A stretch of 64,000 nt of DNA from an uncultured candidate division Zixibacteria bacterium (GTDB lineage Bacteria; Zixibacteria; MSB-5A5; GN15; PGXB01), in the NCBI GenBank assembly GCA_963702205.1, contig OY969724.1, forward strand, positions 2,080,001 to 2,144,000, read 5' to 3'. Below are positions 1 to 8,656 of the stretch, piece by piece. The notes under the pieces are model-generated. The model was not told the DNA's origin. It did no database searches and was given only the letters and a program-made list of their open reading frames with translations. The translations under genes were made by a program, and so were the position numbers. Each line of letters opens with the position of its first letter. Within the stretch, counting starts at the first letter, position 1.

Positions 1-377
1 GGAAAATTAACTTTCATTTCAGCCCATCTCACTTGCCCACAGTTTCCTTTACATAAGATTTTTACAACTCTATTTCGATCTGCCTTTTGTGCGTATTGAG
101 GCAAATCTCCATCATAATATGCAGGGCTTTCCACTCTCCTTCTGAACAAGGATGAGTCGGAATATTTGTATCCAGAAGAAGTTGAATACGATTTTATAAT
201 TTCTTCCTTCCCGTTGAAGTGTTCGCCTGGATTAAAACAATTGATATTTTTACCGAGGCTTTTCATTCTCACGACTTCATTAATGATTGTCGTGTCATCG
301 TCCATTGGACCAAATATATTAAAGATTTTTGCATCATGGTCAGCGACGATTATAAAGAAATTTCTAAGCCTTTTCAT
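1..377 (-). CDS. Hypothetical protein, 3'-truncated by the window edge (MKRLRNFFIIVADHDAKIFNIFGPMDDD...KILCKGNCGQVRWAEMKVNF)
   Basis: Translated by hand; absent from the ORF track because it runs off the edge. ATG at 377 with GGAG RBS, adjacent to the stop of the upstream ORF; frame stays open to position 1. Confidence 0.75.
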   Translation of the reverse strand, partial: MKRLRNFFIIVADHDAKIFNIFGPMDDDTTIINEVVRMKSLGKNINCFNPGEHFNGKEEIIKSYSTSSGYKYSDSSLFRRRVESPAYYDGDLPQYAQKADRNRVVKILCKGNCGQVRWAEMKVNF

Positions 378-379
378 CA

Positions 380-739
380 CTATCTCCTTTTATTCTGGGA
401 TGCGTCATTGACCATCGATCCACAATGCTTACATTTTACAGCGATCCTGAGGATCTTTTCTCCGCAGAAGGGGCAAGAAATTTCGTCACGATCTTCTTCC
501 TTGTCTTGATCAAGTTGCAAAGAGGCTTTTCTGTAATCATTATCCAAGACCTTTTGTGCTTTATATTCGTTAATCAAATAAGCAATTATTGAAATTACAC
601 CTAAAACAAGTGCTATGTATAGCGCCGTATTTTCTCCAATTCCTAAGAAATGATGAAGGGCATAACCGATCAAAATGACTGAAATTATTAGACCACAGCC
701 GCAGCCCTTAGCCTCTAGTGGCTTGTCAGGTTTAGCCAT
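380..739 (-). CDS. Small membrane protein with C-terminal zinc ribbon
   Basis: Two hydrophobic helices followed by CPFCGE...CKHCG. Confidence 0.75.
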   Translation of the reverse strand: MAKPDKPLEAKGCGCGLIISVILIGYALHHFLGIGENTALYIALVLGVISIIAYLINEYKAQKVLDNDYRKASLQLDQDKEEDRDEISCPFCGEKILRIAVKCKHCGSMVNDASQNKRR

Positions 740-765
740 ATGTTTCTATATAAATTAAAATTTCA

Positions 766-1155
766 CTATTTTAATTTAATGGCGATTATTTTTGTCTCCC
801 TATTATCCTTCCATCCCGTCCAGAAGTCTGATCCCTTGTCGCTGGAACTTCCCACAATAACAATTGCATCGGCTCCCCATTGACACGCCTGAATGCGTGC
901 TTCTGTTATTTGCTTCTCTTCAGAAGTTTGCACTAGTTCGGAATTTGATTGCTGGGATACGTTCATATAACCTAATTCGGTGTATGTGCCGTCAGCAGGT
1001 AGACTTCCCAAAACACGAACGTCTTCATAATCATATTTACACTGCTCTTTTGGGATATTTTGTGCCTCGGCGCCAGGATACGAAGAAATATTTACGGGAG
1101 CACTACAACCAAAAAGCAATAGCCCTAAGCTGGCAATAGCTAATTGCAACCTCAT
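766..1155 (-). CDS. Small lipoprotein of unknown function
   Basis: Signal peptide with lipobox LLFGC; GGAGG RBS upstream; ACQWGADAIVI motif. Confidence 0.75.
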   Translation of the reverse strand: MRLQLAIASLGLLLFGCSAPVNISSYPGAEAQNIPKEQCKYDYEDVRVLGSLPADGTYTELGYMNVSQQSNSELVQTSEEKQITEARIQACQWGADAIVIVGSSSDKGSDFWTGWKDNRETKIIAIKLK

Positions 1156-1316
1156 TTAACCCTCCTTTTGTGCAGGTTACTTGGATTCAGACGTCGATAA
1201 ATGTAATAAAATACGCTCGCCCAATTTGTCAATAATAATATGGGGGATTTATGCCTAGGCTTGATAAATCTGAATCACATTTGGCAATCTGAATATGGGA
1301 TTAAAAAGGGGTTGCT

Positions 1317-1334
1317 TAGTGATTTATTTCACAT
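1317..1334. promoter_or_regulatory. Rex/CRP-like palindromic operator TAGTGATTTATTTCACAT
   Basis: GTGA-N6-TCAC dyad resembling Rex TTGTGAA-N4-TTCACAA, 6 bp upstream of the -35 of a redox operon. Confidence 0.45.
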
Positions 1335-1340
1335 ATTGGC

Positions 1341-1369
1341 TTGACTTTAAAGCCGTAGATTCGTAATAT
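1341..1369 (+). promoter_or_regulatory. Sigma70-type promoter for the redox operon
   Basis: TTGACT-17bp-TAATAT. Confidence 0.55.
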
Positions 1370-1414
1370 CTTAGAAGAATGCTGTCATCGGTTATCACTA
1401 AAGGAGTTGCAGGA

Positions 1415-2137
1415 ATGGCCGACTCAGCCCAGTGGCGCTACCCGACCTTCTCCAAAAGCATAATTGTCATTGTGGGCGGTTTCGGCTCGGGCAAAACCGA
1501 GGTTTCGGTCAATCTGGCTAAGTTTATGAAAGCCAACGGACACGACCTCGTTTCGCTGGTCGACCTCGATCTGGTCAATCCCTATTTCCGCACTCGTGAA
1601 GCGCGGGTTGAGCTAAAAGCGCTCGGAATTGATTTGATCGCCCCCGAAGGCGGGAAATTCTATGCCGATTTGCCCATCCTGCTGCCGCAGGTTCGGTCCT
1701 TGGTGGAAGCCCCCGAGGGTCTTCTTATTCTCGACGTCGGCGGTGACGAGCAGGGGACGAAGGCGCTCGGATCCATTTCCGATATATTCAACGACGGCGA
1801 GTACGACATGCTGATGGTCCTCAACAGCCGTCGGCCGCAGACCTCGAACGTGGAAACCTCTCTGGGTACGATGGAGCGGGTCGAGAGCACGTCGAAGCTG
1901 CACTTCACGGGGCTGATTTCCAATACCCACATGATCGATGAAACCGACGGCGAAATAGTGATGGAGGGGTATAATCTTTCGGTGGAGATATCGGAGCGTA
2001 CTAAACTACCGTTGGCGTTCGTGTCGGCCAAGCGGAATGTCCTGAACGATCTGAAACCTGACGACATTGATTGTCCCGTTTTACCGTTGACGCGCTCGCT
2101 GTTGAAGCCCTGGGAGCGAAAAGAAAACGCGGTCTGA
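1415..2137 (+). CDS. P-loop NTPase (MinD/CobQ-like) associated with Vor-type operons
   Basis: GGFGSGKTE Walker A, DLDLVNPYFR, LDVGGD; AAGGAG RBS at 1401 favours ATG 1415. Confidence 0.8.
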   Translation: MADSAQWRYPTFSKSIIVIVGGFGSGKTEVSVNLAKFMKANGHDLVSLVDLDLVNPYFRTREARVELKALGIDLIAPEGGKFYADLPILLPQVRSLVEAPEGLLILDVGGDEQGTKALGSISDIFNDGEYDMLMVLNSRRPQTSNVETSLGTMERVESTSKLHFTGLISNTHMIDETDGEIVMEGYNLSVEISERTKLPLAFVSAKRNVLNDLKPDDIDCPVLPLTRSLLKPWERKENAV

Positions 2138-2170
2138 TTGGACCGCTTGAGATAGAGAAAGGGTGAGTTT

Positions 2171-2404
2171 ATGCCCGGAGTCAGAATAGATAAGAATTAC
2201 TGCAAGGGGTGCGAGCTGTGCGTGTATGCCTGCCCCATGCAGATTCTTAAGATGTCCAAAGATATCAACCTCAAAGGGTATTTTTACGCCAAACTGGTCG
2301 AGCCGACCAAGTGCATCGGCTGCAGGATTTGTGCCATTACCTGTCCGGACGTGGCGATCGAGGTTGTCAACCACGGCACGCAGTTCACTTTATTCCAATA
2401 CTGA
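2171..2404 (+). CDS. 2x[4Fe-4S] ferredoxin, delta subunit of 2-oxoacid:ferredoxin oxidoreductase
   Basis: CKGCELCVYACP and CIGCRICAITCP. Confidence 0.9.
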   Translation: MPGVRIDKNYCKGCELCVYACPMQILKMSKDINLKGYFYAKLVEPTKCIGCRICAITCPDVAIEVVNHGTQFTLFQY

Positions 2405-2418
2405 CGGGGAGTTGAAGC

Positions 2419-3504
2419 ATGGCAAAGAAACTTATGAAAGGCAATGAGGCGATCGGCGAGGCCGCGATTGCGGCTGGCGCCCCGCACTATTTCGCCTACC
2501 CGATCACTCCCCAGAGCGAAGTGGCTGAATACCTCTGCTGGCGTCTTCCCGAAGTCGGCGGCGTGTTCGTGCAGGCGGAATCGGAAGTGGCGGTCGGCAA
2601 TATGTTGTTCGGTGCGGCGGCGACGGGTATGCGCGTGTTCACGACGTCGTCGAGCCCCGGAATCAGCCTGATGCAGGAAGCGATATCGTACATCGCCGGA
2701 GCGCAGCTCCCGGTGGTGCTGGTCAATATCATGCGCGGCGGTCCCGGACTGGGCGGGATTCTTCCGGCACAGTCGGATTATAATCAGGCCGTCAAAGGCG
2801 GCGGACACGGCGACTATAAAACGATCGTGCTGGCCCCGGCCTCGGTGCAGGAAGCGGTCGACCTGATGATCCTCGCGTTCGACCTGGCCGATAAGTACCG
2901 CAACCCGGTTATGCTGATCGGCGACGGGATGATCGGGCAGATGATGGAATCGGTCGAGTTTCCTGAAAAATATCGCGACCCGGTGACACCCGAGGGCAAA
3001 GACTGGGCGCTGACCGGAGCCAAAGGTCGCAAGGCCCGCATCGCCAAATCGCTCTTTCTCGATCCTGAGAAACTGGAGCTTAACTCGATCGAACTGGACC
3101 GTAAGTACAAACAGTGCGAAGCCGAAGAAATCCGGTTCGAAAATTATAAAATATCCGATAAAAATCAGGTTCTTATTACGGCCTACGGCTCGATGGCCCG
3201 CATCTGCCAGACTGTTATCGACGAGCTCGAAGAAGAGGGCATTTCGGTCGGGCTGTTCCGCCCGATTACACTATACCCCTTTCCCGAAAAGGCCATTTAT
3301 GACGAGGCCGTTAAGAAAAACATCAAATCATTGCTGGTCGTGGAAATGTCGATGGGGCAGATGATCGAAGACGTCGAGCGGTGCCTCAAGGGCCAGAAGC
3401 AAATAGATTTTTACGGCCGTACGGGCGGGATTGTCCCCAGTCCCAACGAGGTCAAAGATAAAATACGCGAGATACTTGGCATGAAAAAAGCAGATTCGAA
3501 ATAG
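2419..3504 (+). CDS. vorB: 2-oxoacid (2-ketoisovalerate-type):ferredoxin oxidoreductase alpha subunit
   Basis: MKGNEA, YPITPQ, QAESE, TSSSPGISL, RGGPGLG motifs. Confidence 0.9.
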   Translation: MAKKLMKGNEAIGEAAIAAGAPHYFAYPITPQSEVAEYLCWRLPEVGGVFVQAESEVAVGNMLFGAAATGMRVFTTSSSPGISLMQEAISYIAGAQLPVVLVNIMRGGPGLGGILPAQSDYNQAVKGGGHGDYKTIVLAPASVQEAVDLMILAFDLADKYRNPVMLIGDGMIGQMMESVEFPEKYRDPVTPEGKDWALTGAKGRKARIAKSLFLDPEKLELNSIELDRKYKQCEAEEIRFENYKISDKNQVLITAYGSMARICQTVIDELEEEGISVGLFRPITLYPFPEKAIYDEAVKKNIKSLLVVEMSMGQMIEDVERCLKGQKQIDFYGRTGGIVPSPNEVKDKIREILGMKKADSK

Positions 3505-3515
3505 ATGAGGCTGTC

Positions 3516-4277
3516 ATGATGGAACAGGCAAATGTAATATTCCGGCGGCCCCAATCGCTCAGCGAAAATATAACGCATTATTGTCCGGGGTGTACCCACG
3601 GCATCATCCATCGGCTGGTAGCCGAAGCGCTCGATGAACTGGGGGTCCGGGAAAAAGCGGTCGGGGTGGCCCCGGTGGGCTGCTCGGTTTTGATATATAA
3701 TTATTTCAACGTCGATTTTCTGGAAGCACCGCACGGCCGCGCTCCGGCGCTGGCGACCGGTTTCAAGCGGATGCGCCCCGATATGATAGTGTTCACCTAC
3801 CAGGGCGACGGCGACCTGGCGTCGATTGGTATGGGCGAGATAGTCCACGCCGCCAACCGGGGCGAGAAGTTCACGACGATATTCGTCAACAACGCCATTT
3901 ACGGCATGACCGGCGGTCAGATGGCTCCGACGACGATGCCGGGCCAGAAGACGACGACGTCGCCCAATGGCCGCGATACCAATGTAGCGGGATTCCCGAT
4001 CAGGATGTCGGAACTTCTGTCGGCGCTGGTGACACCGGCGTACATAGTCCGGACCGCCGTACACACGCCGATGCACGTAATAAATGCAAAGAAGCACATC
4101 AAGAAAGCCTTCCGGCTTCAGAAAGAAAATAAATGTTTTTCTTTGATCGAGGTGCTTTCGACTTGTCCGACCAACTGGGGGATGCCTCCCTGTGATGCGA
4201 CCGGTTGGGTGTCGAGCAATATGCAGCCGTACTACCCGCTGGGGGTCTTCAAAGACCCGGAAAAGGGGGAGGGCTGA
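3516..4277 (+). CDS. 2-oxoacid:ferredoxin oxidoreductase beta subunit (TPP-binding)
   Basis: YCPGC, GDGD...NN TPP motif, YGMTGGQ, CPTNW. Confidence 0.9.
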   Translation: MMEQANVIFRRPQSLSENITHYCPGCTHGIIHRLVAEALDELGVREKAVGVAPVGCSVLIYNYFNVDFLEAPHGRAPALATGFKRMRPDMIVFTYQGDGDLASIGMGEIVHAANRGEKFTTIFVNNAIYGMTGGQMAPTTMPGQKTTTSPNGRDTNVAGFPIRMSELLSALVTPAYIVRTAVHTPMHVINAKKHIKKAFRLQKENKCFSLIEVLSTCPTNWGMPPCDATGWVSSNMQPYYPLGVFKDPEKGEG

Positions 4278-4280
4278 TTT

Positions 4281-4847
4281 ATGGCACAACAAATTGAAGT
4301 CGTCATGGCCGGATTCGGCGGCCAGGGCGTTATGACAGTCGGTCAACTTCTGGCGTACACGGCCATGGACGAAGGCAAGCAGGTGGTCTGGATACCGTCG
4401 TACGGTCCCGAAATGCGCGGTGGCACGGCTAACTGTACGGTGGTAGTATCCGAGAACAGGATCGGCTCGCCGATCATAAATAATCCCCAGTCGGCCTGTG
4501 TGTTCAACCGTCCCTCGCTGGACAAATTCGGGCCATTGATTCGTAAAGGCGGTTTGCTTTTGATAAACAGTTCGTTGATCGACCTAACCTCGGGACGCGA
4601 TGATATCGAAGAGCTTTTGGTGCCGGTCAACGACATCGCGATCAAGCTGGGCAATCCCAGGGTCGCCAATATGGTCATGCTGGGGGCGTACAATGGCGTG
4701 ACCGAAGTTGTAACGTTTGATACGCTATTGAAAATGTTCGATAAGAAAATGGGTCACAAGAAAGACCTCGTGGAAATAAATCATCAGGCCATTGCCGAAG
4801 GGCGCAAGATCGGTGAGGAATTCCGCGCCAAGGTGGGGGCGAAATGA
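4281..4847 (+). CDS. 2-oxoacid:ferredoxin oxidoreductase gamma subunit
   Basis: AGFGGQG, PSYGPEMRGG, NMVMLGA. Confidence 0.9.
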   Translation: MAQQIEVVMAGFGGQGVMTVGQLLAYTAMDEGKQVVWIPSYGPEMRGGTANCTVVVSENRIGSPIINNPQSACVFNRPSLDKFGPLIRKGGLLLINSSLIDLTSGRDDIEELLVPVNDIAIKLGNPRVANMVMLGAYNGVTEVVTFDTLLKMFDKKMGHKKDLVEINHQAIAEGRKIGEEFRAKVGAK

Positions 4848-5299
4848 ATGTCGATATGAACAAAGTATCGGAGATTCTCGACCGCAACCCGAAAGAACCC
4901 GGCGCGATTATTGCGGTTCTTCAGGATTTTCAGCGAGAATTCAGATACCTGCCGGTCCCAGCGATGGTTAAGGCTTCGGAAGAGCTGCATGTGCCGCTAA
5001 GCAAAGTTTACAGTATCGCGACGTTTTACAACTCCTTCAGCCTGACCCCGCGCGGTGAGAAAATTATCAGGATTTGCAAAGGCACGGCCTGCCATATAAA
5101 GGGTGCGGACAAGATTCTGGAACAAATCGAAGTCGGTCTGAAACTCAAGCCGGGGGAGACGTCGGCGGATCTGAAGTACACAGTTGAGGTGGTCAACTGT
5201 GTCGGTGCGTGCGCCATGGCTCCGGTGATGATCGTCAATGATAAATATCACGGCAAGGTCCGCTGCGATCAGGCTATGAGCAAGGTGAAGCGGAGTTGA
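4844..5299 (+). CDS. NuoE/HydC-like [2Fe-2S] subunit
   Basis: ATFY, CKGTAC, CVGAC; ATGA overlap with the gamma subunit gene. Confidence 0.9.
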   Translation: MNVDMNKVSEILDRNPKEPGAIIAVLQDFQREFRYLPVPAMVKASEELHVPLSKVYSIATFYNSFSLTPRGEKIIRICKGTACHIKGADKILEQIEVGLKLKPGETSADLKYTVEVVNCVGACAMAPVMIVNDKYHGKVRCDQAMSKVKRS

Positions 5300-5300
5300 T

Positions 5301-7154
5301 ATGCGAATAGATACGCCAAAAAGGCTCGAGCAGTGGCGCACTGACTGCCGCAAACAGGTGGAAGCTCAGAAGAAGAAAATTCTGGTCTGTCTGGGACCGG
5401 GGTGCCTGGCGAACGGTTCGGACAAGATTATTGAAGAGTTCCAGAAAGTTTTAAGCGATAAGAAAATCAAAGACGTGGACCTTAAGGCGGTCAAGAAGAC
5501 CGGGTGTCACGGTTTTTGTGCGCAGGGTCCTTTGGTCGTGATCGAGCCCGAGGGAATATTCTACGCCAAAGTCAAGAAGAACAACGTCGCTGAGATAATA
5601 GAGAAAACCCTCGAAAAGGGCGAAATAATCGATAAGCTGTTATACTCCGATCCGACTGACGGTCATAAGTACACCGATTATAAAGAAATTCCGTTTTATA
5701 AACATCAGGTACGAATATCGCTCCGCAATTGCGGGCAGATCGACCCGGACAACATTGAAGATTATATCGCGCGCGGCGGATATGCCGGTCTGGCGAAAGT
5801 GCTGACCGGGATGAAACCGGCCGAAGTGATCGAGACCGTCAAAAAGTCCGGCCTGCGCGGTCGCGGGGGCGGTGGTTTTCCGACCGGCCGCAAATGGGAG
5901 TCGTGCGCCAGGATCGAAGCGCCAGTGCGGTATGTTATCTGCAACGGTGACGAAGGCGACCCCGGGGCGTTCATGGACCGGTGCATTATGGAAGGCGATC
6001 CGCATTCGGTCTTGGAAGGCATGATAATCTGCGCTTACGCTATCGGTTCGCACGAAGGTTATATATACGTCCGCGAAGAGTACCCTCTGGCGGTGATAAA
6101 TCTACAAAAGGCGATTGAAAAAGCCCGCGAAAGGGGACTATTGGGCGAGAATATTCTCGGCAGCGGCCATAGTTTCGATATAAAGATAAGCCGTGGCGGC
6201 GGGGCCTTTGTCTGCGGAGAATCGTCGGCGCTGATGAGATCGGTCGCCGGTGAAGTCGGCGAGCCGCGCGCCAAGTACATCCGTTCGGTGCAGAAAGGAC
6301 TGCACGATCAACCGACGGTTCTGAACAATGTCGAGTCGTTTGCGACGGTCCCGGTGATTATCGACAAAGGAGCCGATTGGTTTTCATCGATTGGAACACC
6401 CAAGAGCACCGGTACCAAAGCTTTTTCGCTGGCCGGGAAGGTTTGTAACACCGGGCTGGTGGAAATACCCATGGGTATGACGCTGCGTGAGATAATTAAC
6501 GACATCGGTGGCGGCATCCCGGATGGCCGCGAATTCAAGGCGGTGCAGACGGGCGGGCCCTCGGGCGGGTGCCTTCCGGCCGACAAGCTTGATTTACCGG
6601 TTGATTTCGATACGCTGACCGAAGCCGGGTCGATGATGGGTTCGGGGGGCATGATAATCATGGATGACCACACCTGCCCGGTCGAAGTGGCGCGCTATTT
6701 TCTGGAATTTCTGGTGCATGAATCGTGCGGCAAATGTGTCCCGTGCCGGGAAGGTCTGCTGCAGCTTTATCGTTTCTGTACAAAAATCACGCGCGGCGAA
6801 GGCGTAGAGAGCGATCTGGACTTAATGGAAAAGCTCTCGAAAACGATCGTGACGGCTTCGTTGTGTGGACTGGGACAGTCCGGGCCGAATCCGTTTTTGT
6901 CGACGGTGCAGTATTTTCGAGATGAGTACCTGGCGCATATTCAAGATAAAAAGTGCCCGGGCGGCGTATGTCGGGAGCTGATACAATACTTCATCAACGA
7001 TAAGTGCACCGGTTGCATGGCCTGCCTTACGGTTTGCCCGACCGAGGCGATCAGCGGAGAGAAAAAGAAATTGCATGTAATAGATCAGGATAAATGCGAC
7101 GCCTGCGGCTCGTGTTATGACGTCTGCAATTTTGACGCCATTGATATAAAATAA
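5301..7154 (+). CDS. NuoF/HydB-like FMN/NAD(H)-binding subunit with bifurcating-type architecture
   Basis: N-terminal CLGPGC/CHGFC, GLRGRGGGGF, DEGDPGAFMD, GAFVCGE, GGPSG, CGKCVPC, C-terminal CPGGVC plus 2x[4Fe-4S]. Confidence 0.9.
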   Translation: MRIDTPKRLEQWRTDCRKQVEAQKKKILVCLGPGCLANGSDKIIEEFQKVLSDKKIKDVDLKAVKKTGCHGFCAQGPLVVIEPEGIFYAKVKKNNVAEIIEKTLEKGEIIDKLLYSDPTDGHKYTDYKEIPFYKHQVRISLRNCGQIDPDNIEDYIARGGYAGLAKVLTGMKPAEVIETVKKSGLRGRGGGGFPTGRKWESCARIEAPVRYVICNGDEGDPGAFMDRCIMEGDPHSVLEGMIICAYAIGSHEGYIYVREEYPLAVINLQKAIEKARERGLLGENILGSGHSFDIKISRGGGAFVCGESSALMRSVAGEVGEPRAKYIRSVQKGLHDQPTVLNNVESFATVPVIIDKGADWFSSIGTPKSTGTKAFSLAGKVCNTGLVEIPMGMTLREIINDIGGGIPDGREFKAVQTGGPSGGCLPADKLDLPVDFDTLTEAGSMMGSGGMIIMDDHTCPVEVARYFLEFLVHESCGKCVPCREGLLQLYRFCTKITRGEGVESDLDLMEKLSKTIVTASLCGLGQSGPNPFLSTVQYFRDEYLAHIQDKKCPGGVCRELIQYFINDKCTGCMACLTVCPTEAISGEKKKLHVIDQDKCDACGSCYDVCNFDAIDIK

Positions 7155-7164
7155 CAGGTGAGAT

Positions 7165-7941
7165 ATGGCACAAATTACGATAAATGGGAAAGTAGTCAAA
7201 GCCCGCGAAGACGAGATGCTTCTGGACGTAATAAAAAAGCAGGGGATAGATATCTCGGCCTTGTGCGCCCATGATGCGATCGAACCGACCGGCAACTGCC
7301 GTTTGTGCATGGTGGAAATCACCCGCACGGAATGGGACGGCTGGAAAAAGCACGTGACGTCGTGCCTTTATCCGGTCGAGGACGGGCTGATTGTCAATAC
7401 CCATACCGCGGAACTTCAGGAAATCCGCAAGACGATTCTGGACCTTCAACTGGCGCGCTGCCCCAATTCCGAGGTCATCCAGAGAATGGCCGCGGAATAC
7501 GGCGTGCACGAAACCAGCTACGTGGCCAACGTCGAATCCGACAACTGCATCATGTGCTACGCCTGCACGCGCATCTGCGAAGTGCTGGGCAAGAGCGCGA
7601 TTTCGGCGGTGATGCGCGGCAACAAGAAAGTCATTGCACCGCCGTTCGGCGAGGAACCGGCCGACTGCATCGGCTGCCTGGCCTGCGCACAGATATGCCC
7701 GACCGATGTCATCCCATACGAGGATAAAGACGGTATCCGCACTATCTGGAAAAAGAAATTCGAACTGATCGCCTGCAAGAACTGCGGCAAGACAATTTTG
7801 ACCCGGGATTTCGCCGATTATCTGATCGAGCAGCGAAATATACCCAAAGAGTATTTTGAAACCTGCGACGACTGCAAACGGATGGAGCTGGCGAAAAAGA
7901 TGGGCAGCTTGATCACGAAAGCGGAGGAGGTGGCCGTATGA
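7165..7941 (+). CDS. NuoG/HydA N-terminal-like FeS subunit without catalytic domain
   Basis: [2Fe-2S] LC...CRLC...SC, CIMCYACTRIC, CIGCLACAQICP, C-terminal CKNC...CDDC; only 258 aa. Confidence 0.85.
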   Translation: MAQITINGKVVKAREDEMLLDVIKKQGIDISALCAHDAIEPTGNCRLCMVEITRTEWDGWKKHVTSCLYPVEDGLIVNTHTAELQEIRKTILDLQLARCPNSEVIQRMAAEYGVHETSYVANVESDNCIMCYACTRICEVLGKSAISAVMRGNKKVIAPPFGEEPADCIGCLACAQICPTDVIPYEDKDGIRTIWKKKFELIACKNCGKTILTRDFADYLIEQRNIPKEYFETCDDCKRMELAKKMGSLITKAEEVAV

Positions 7942-8345
7942 ACTACCGCTTTGAAATAATCCCGTCGCTGTGTATCGGCTGCCGTACCTGCGAGCTGGCC
8001 TGCGCTTTCTCTCATACGAAAGACAAGAAGCCGGGCCGGAGCCGGATATATCCACTGGCTTACGCGCCGGATAAATATGTCCCGGTGGCCTGTCTTCAGT
8101 GCGATGACGCCGCCTGTGTCAAGTCATGCATATTCGACGCCCTCAAACGCAACGAAGAAACCGGGGCGGTCGATCTCGACGAAGAACGGTGTGTTAAGTG
8201 TATGGCCTGCGTGGCGGCCTGTCCGTTCGGGTGCGCGCTGGTCGATACGGTTCACGACGAAATAGTCAAGTGCGATATATGCAAGGGCAGCCCGGCCTGT
8301 GTCCAGTTCTGCCCGACCAAAGCACTGGTATACAATAAAGTCTGA
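7938..8345 (+). CDS. 4x[4Fe-4S] polyferredoxin (HydN/CooF/AOR small-subunit-like)
   Basis: Four Cys clusters: CIGCRTCELAC, CLQCDDAACVKSC, CVKCMACVAACP, CDICKGSPACVQFCP. Confidence 0.85.
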   Translation: MNYRFEIIPSLCIGCRTCELACAFSHTKDKKPGRSRIYPLAYAPDKYVPVACLQCDDAACVKSCIFDALKRNEETGAVDLDEERCVKCMACVAACPFGCALVDTVHDEIVKCDICKGSPACVQFCPTKALVYNKV

Positions 8346-8381
8346 TAGAATCGATTATTGATAGAAAGGCCCCGTCCGAAC

Positions 8382-8549
8382 GGCGTTATTGAAAAACCAT
8401 CGTTTCGGCAGGTCTTGCGGCCCGATTTTTAGGGACGTGTGACCTGCCGGTTTTTTATCTGCATTTAAATAAACAAGATGCCGTCGGGTCACATCCCGAC
8501 TTTGTCGGAACAAGACCCAACGGAATATATATGGTGCCTTTACGACGCC
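8382..8549. repeat. Degenerate REP/MITE-like element with two inverted, related long hairpins
   Basis: Hairpins CGGCAGGTC...GACCTGCCG (8406-8449) and CCGTCGGGTC...GACCCAACGG (8481-8523); left end GGCGTTATTGAAAAA resembles the MITE TIR at 10945. Confidence 0.45.
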
Positions 8550-8579
8550 CCCGTATGTGGCTTTTTATTTTTCCTCAGT

Positions 8580-8608
8580 TTGACATCGGGTTGTCCAAAA
8601 AGTATATT
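8580..8608 (+). promoter_or_regulatory. Sigma70-type promoter
   Basis: TTGACA-17bp-TATATT. Confidence 0.6.
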
Positions 8609-8656
8609 CTTCAGTAATAAAACTCAAACTGAGAATATTAATAAAGGCGGGTCTTT

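Noticed and set aside
7165..7941. [FeFe]-hydrogenase or respiratory complex I
   Set aside because: No H-cluster motifs, and no membrane nuo subunits in the operon.
3411..8055. Long antisense ORFs (3411-4346, 7051-8055; likewise 9319-10326, 22175-23125, 30256-31239)
   Set aside because: Shadows of well-supported sense genes, expected from codon bias; no recognisable motifs.
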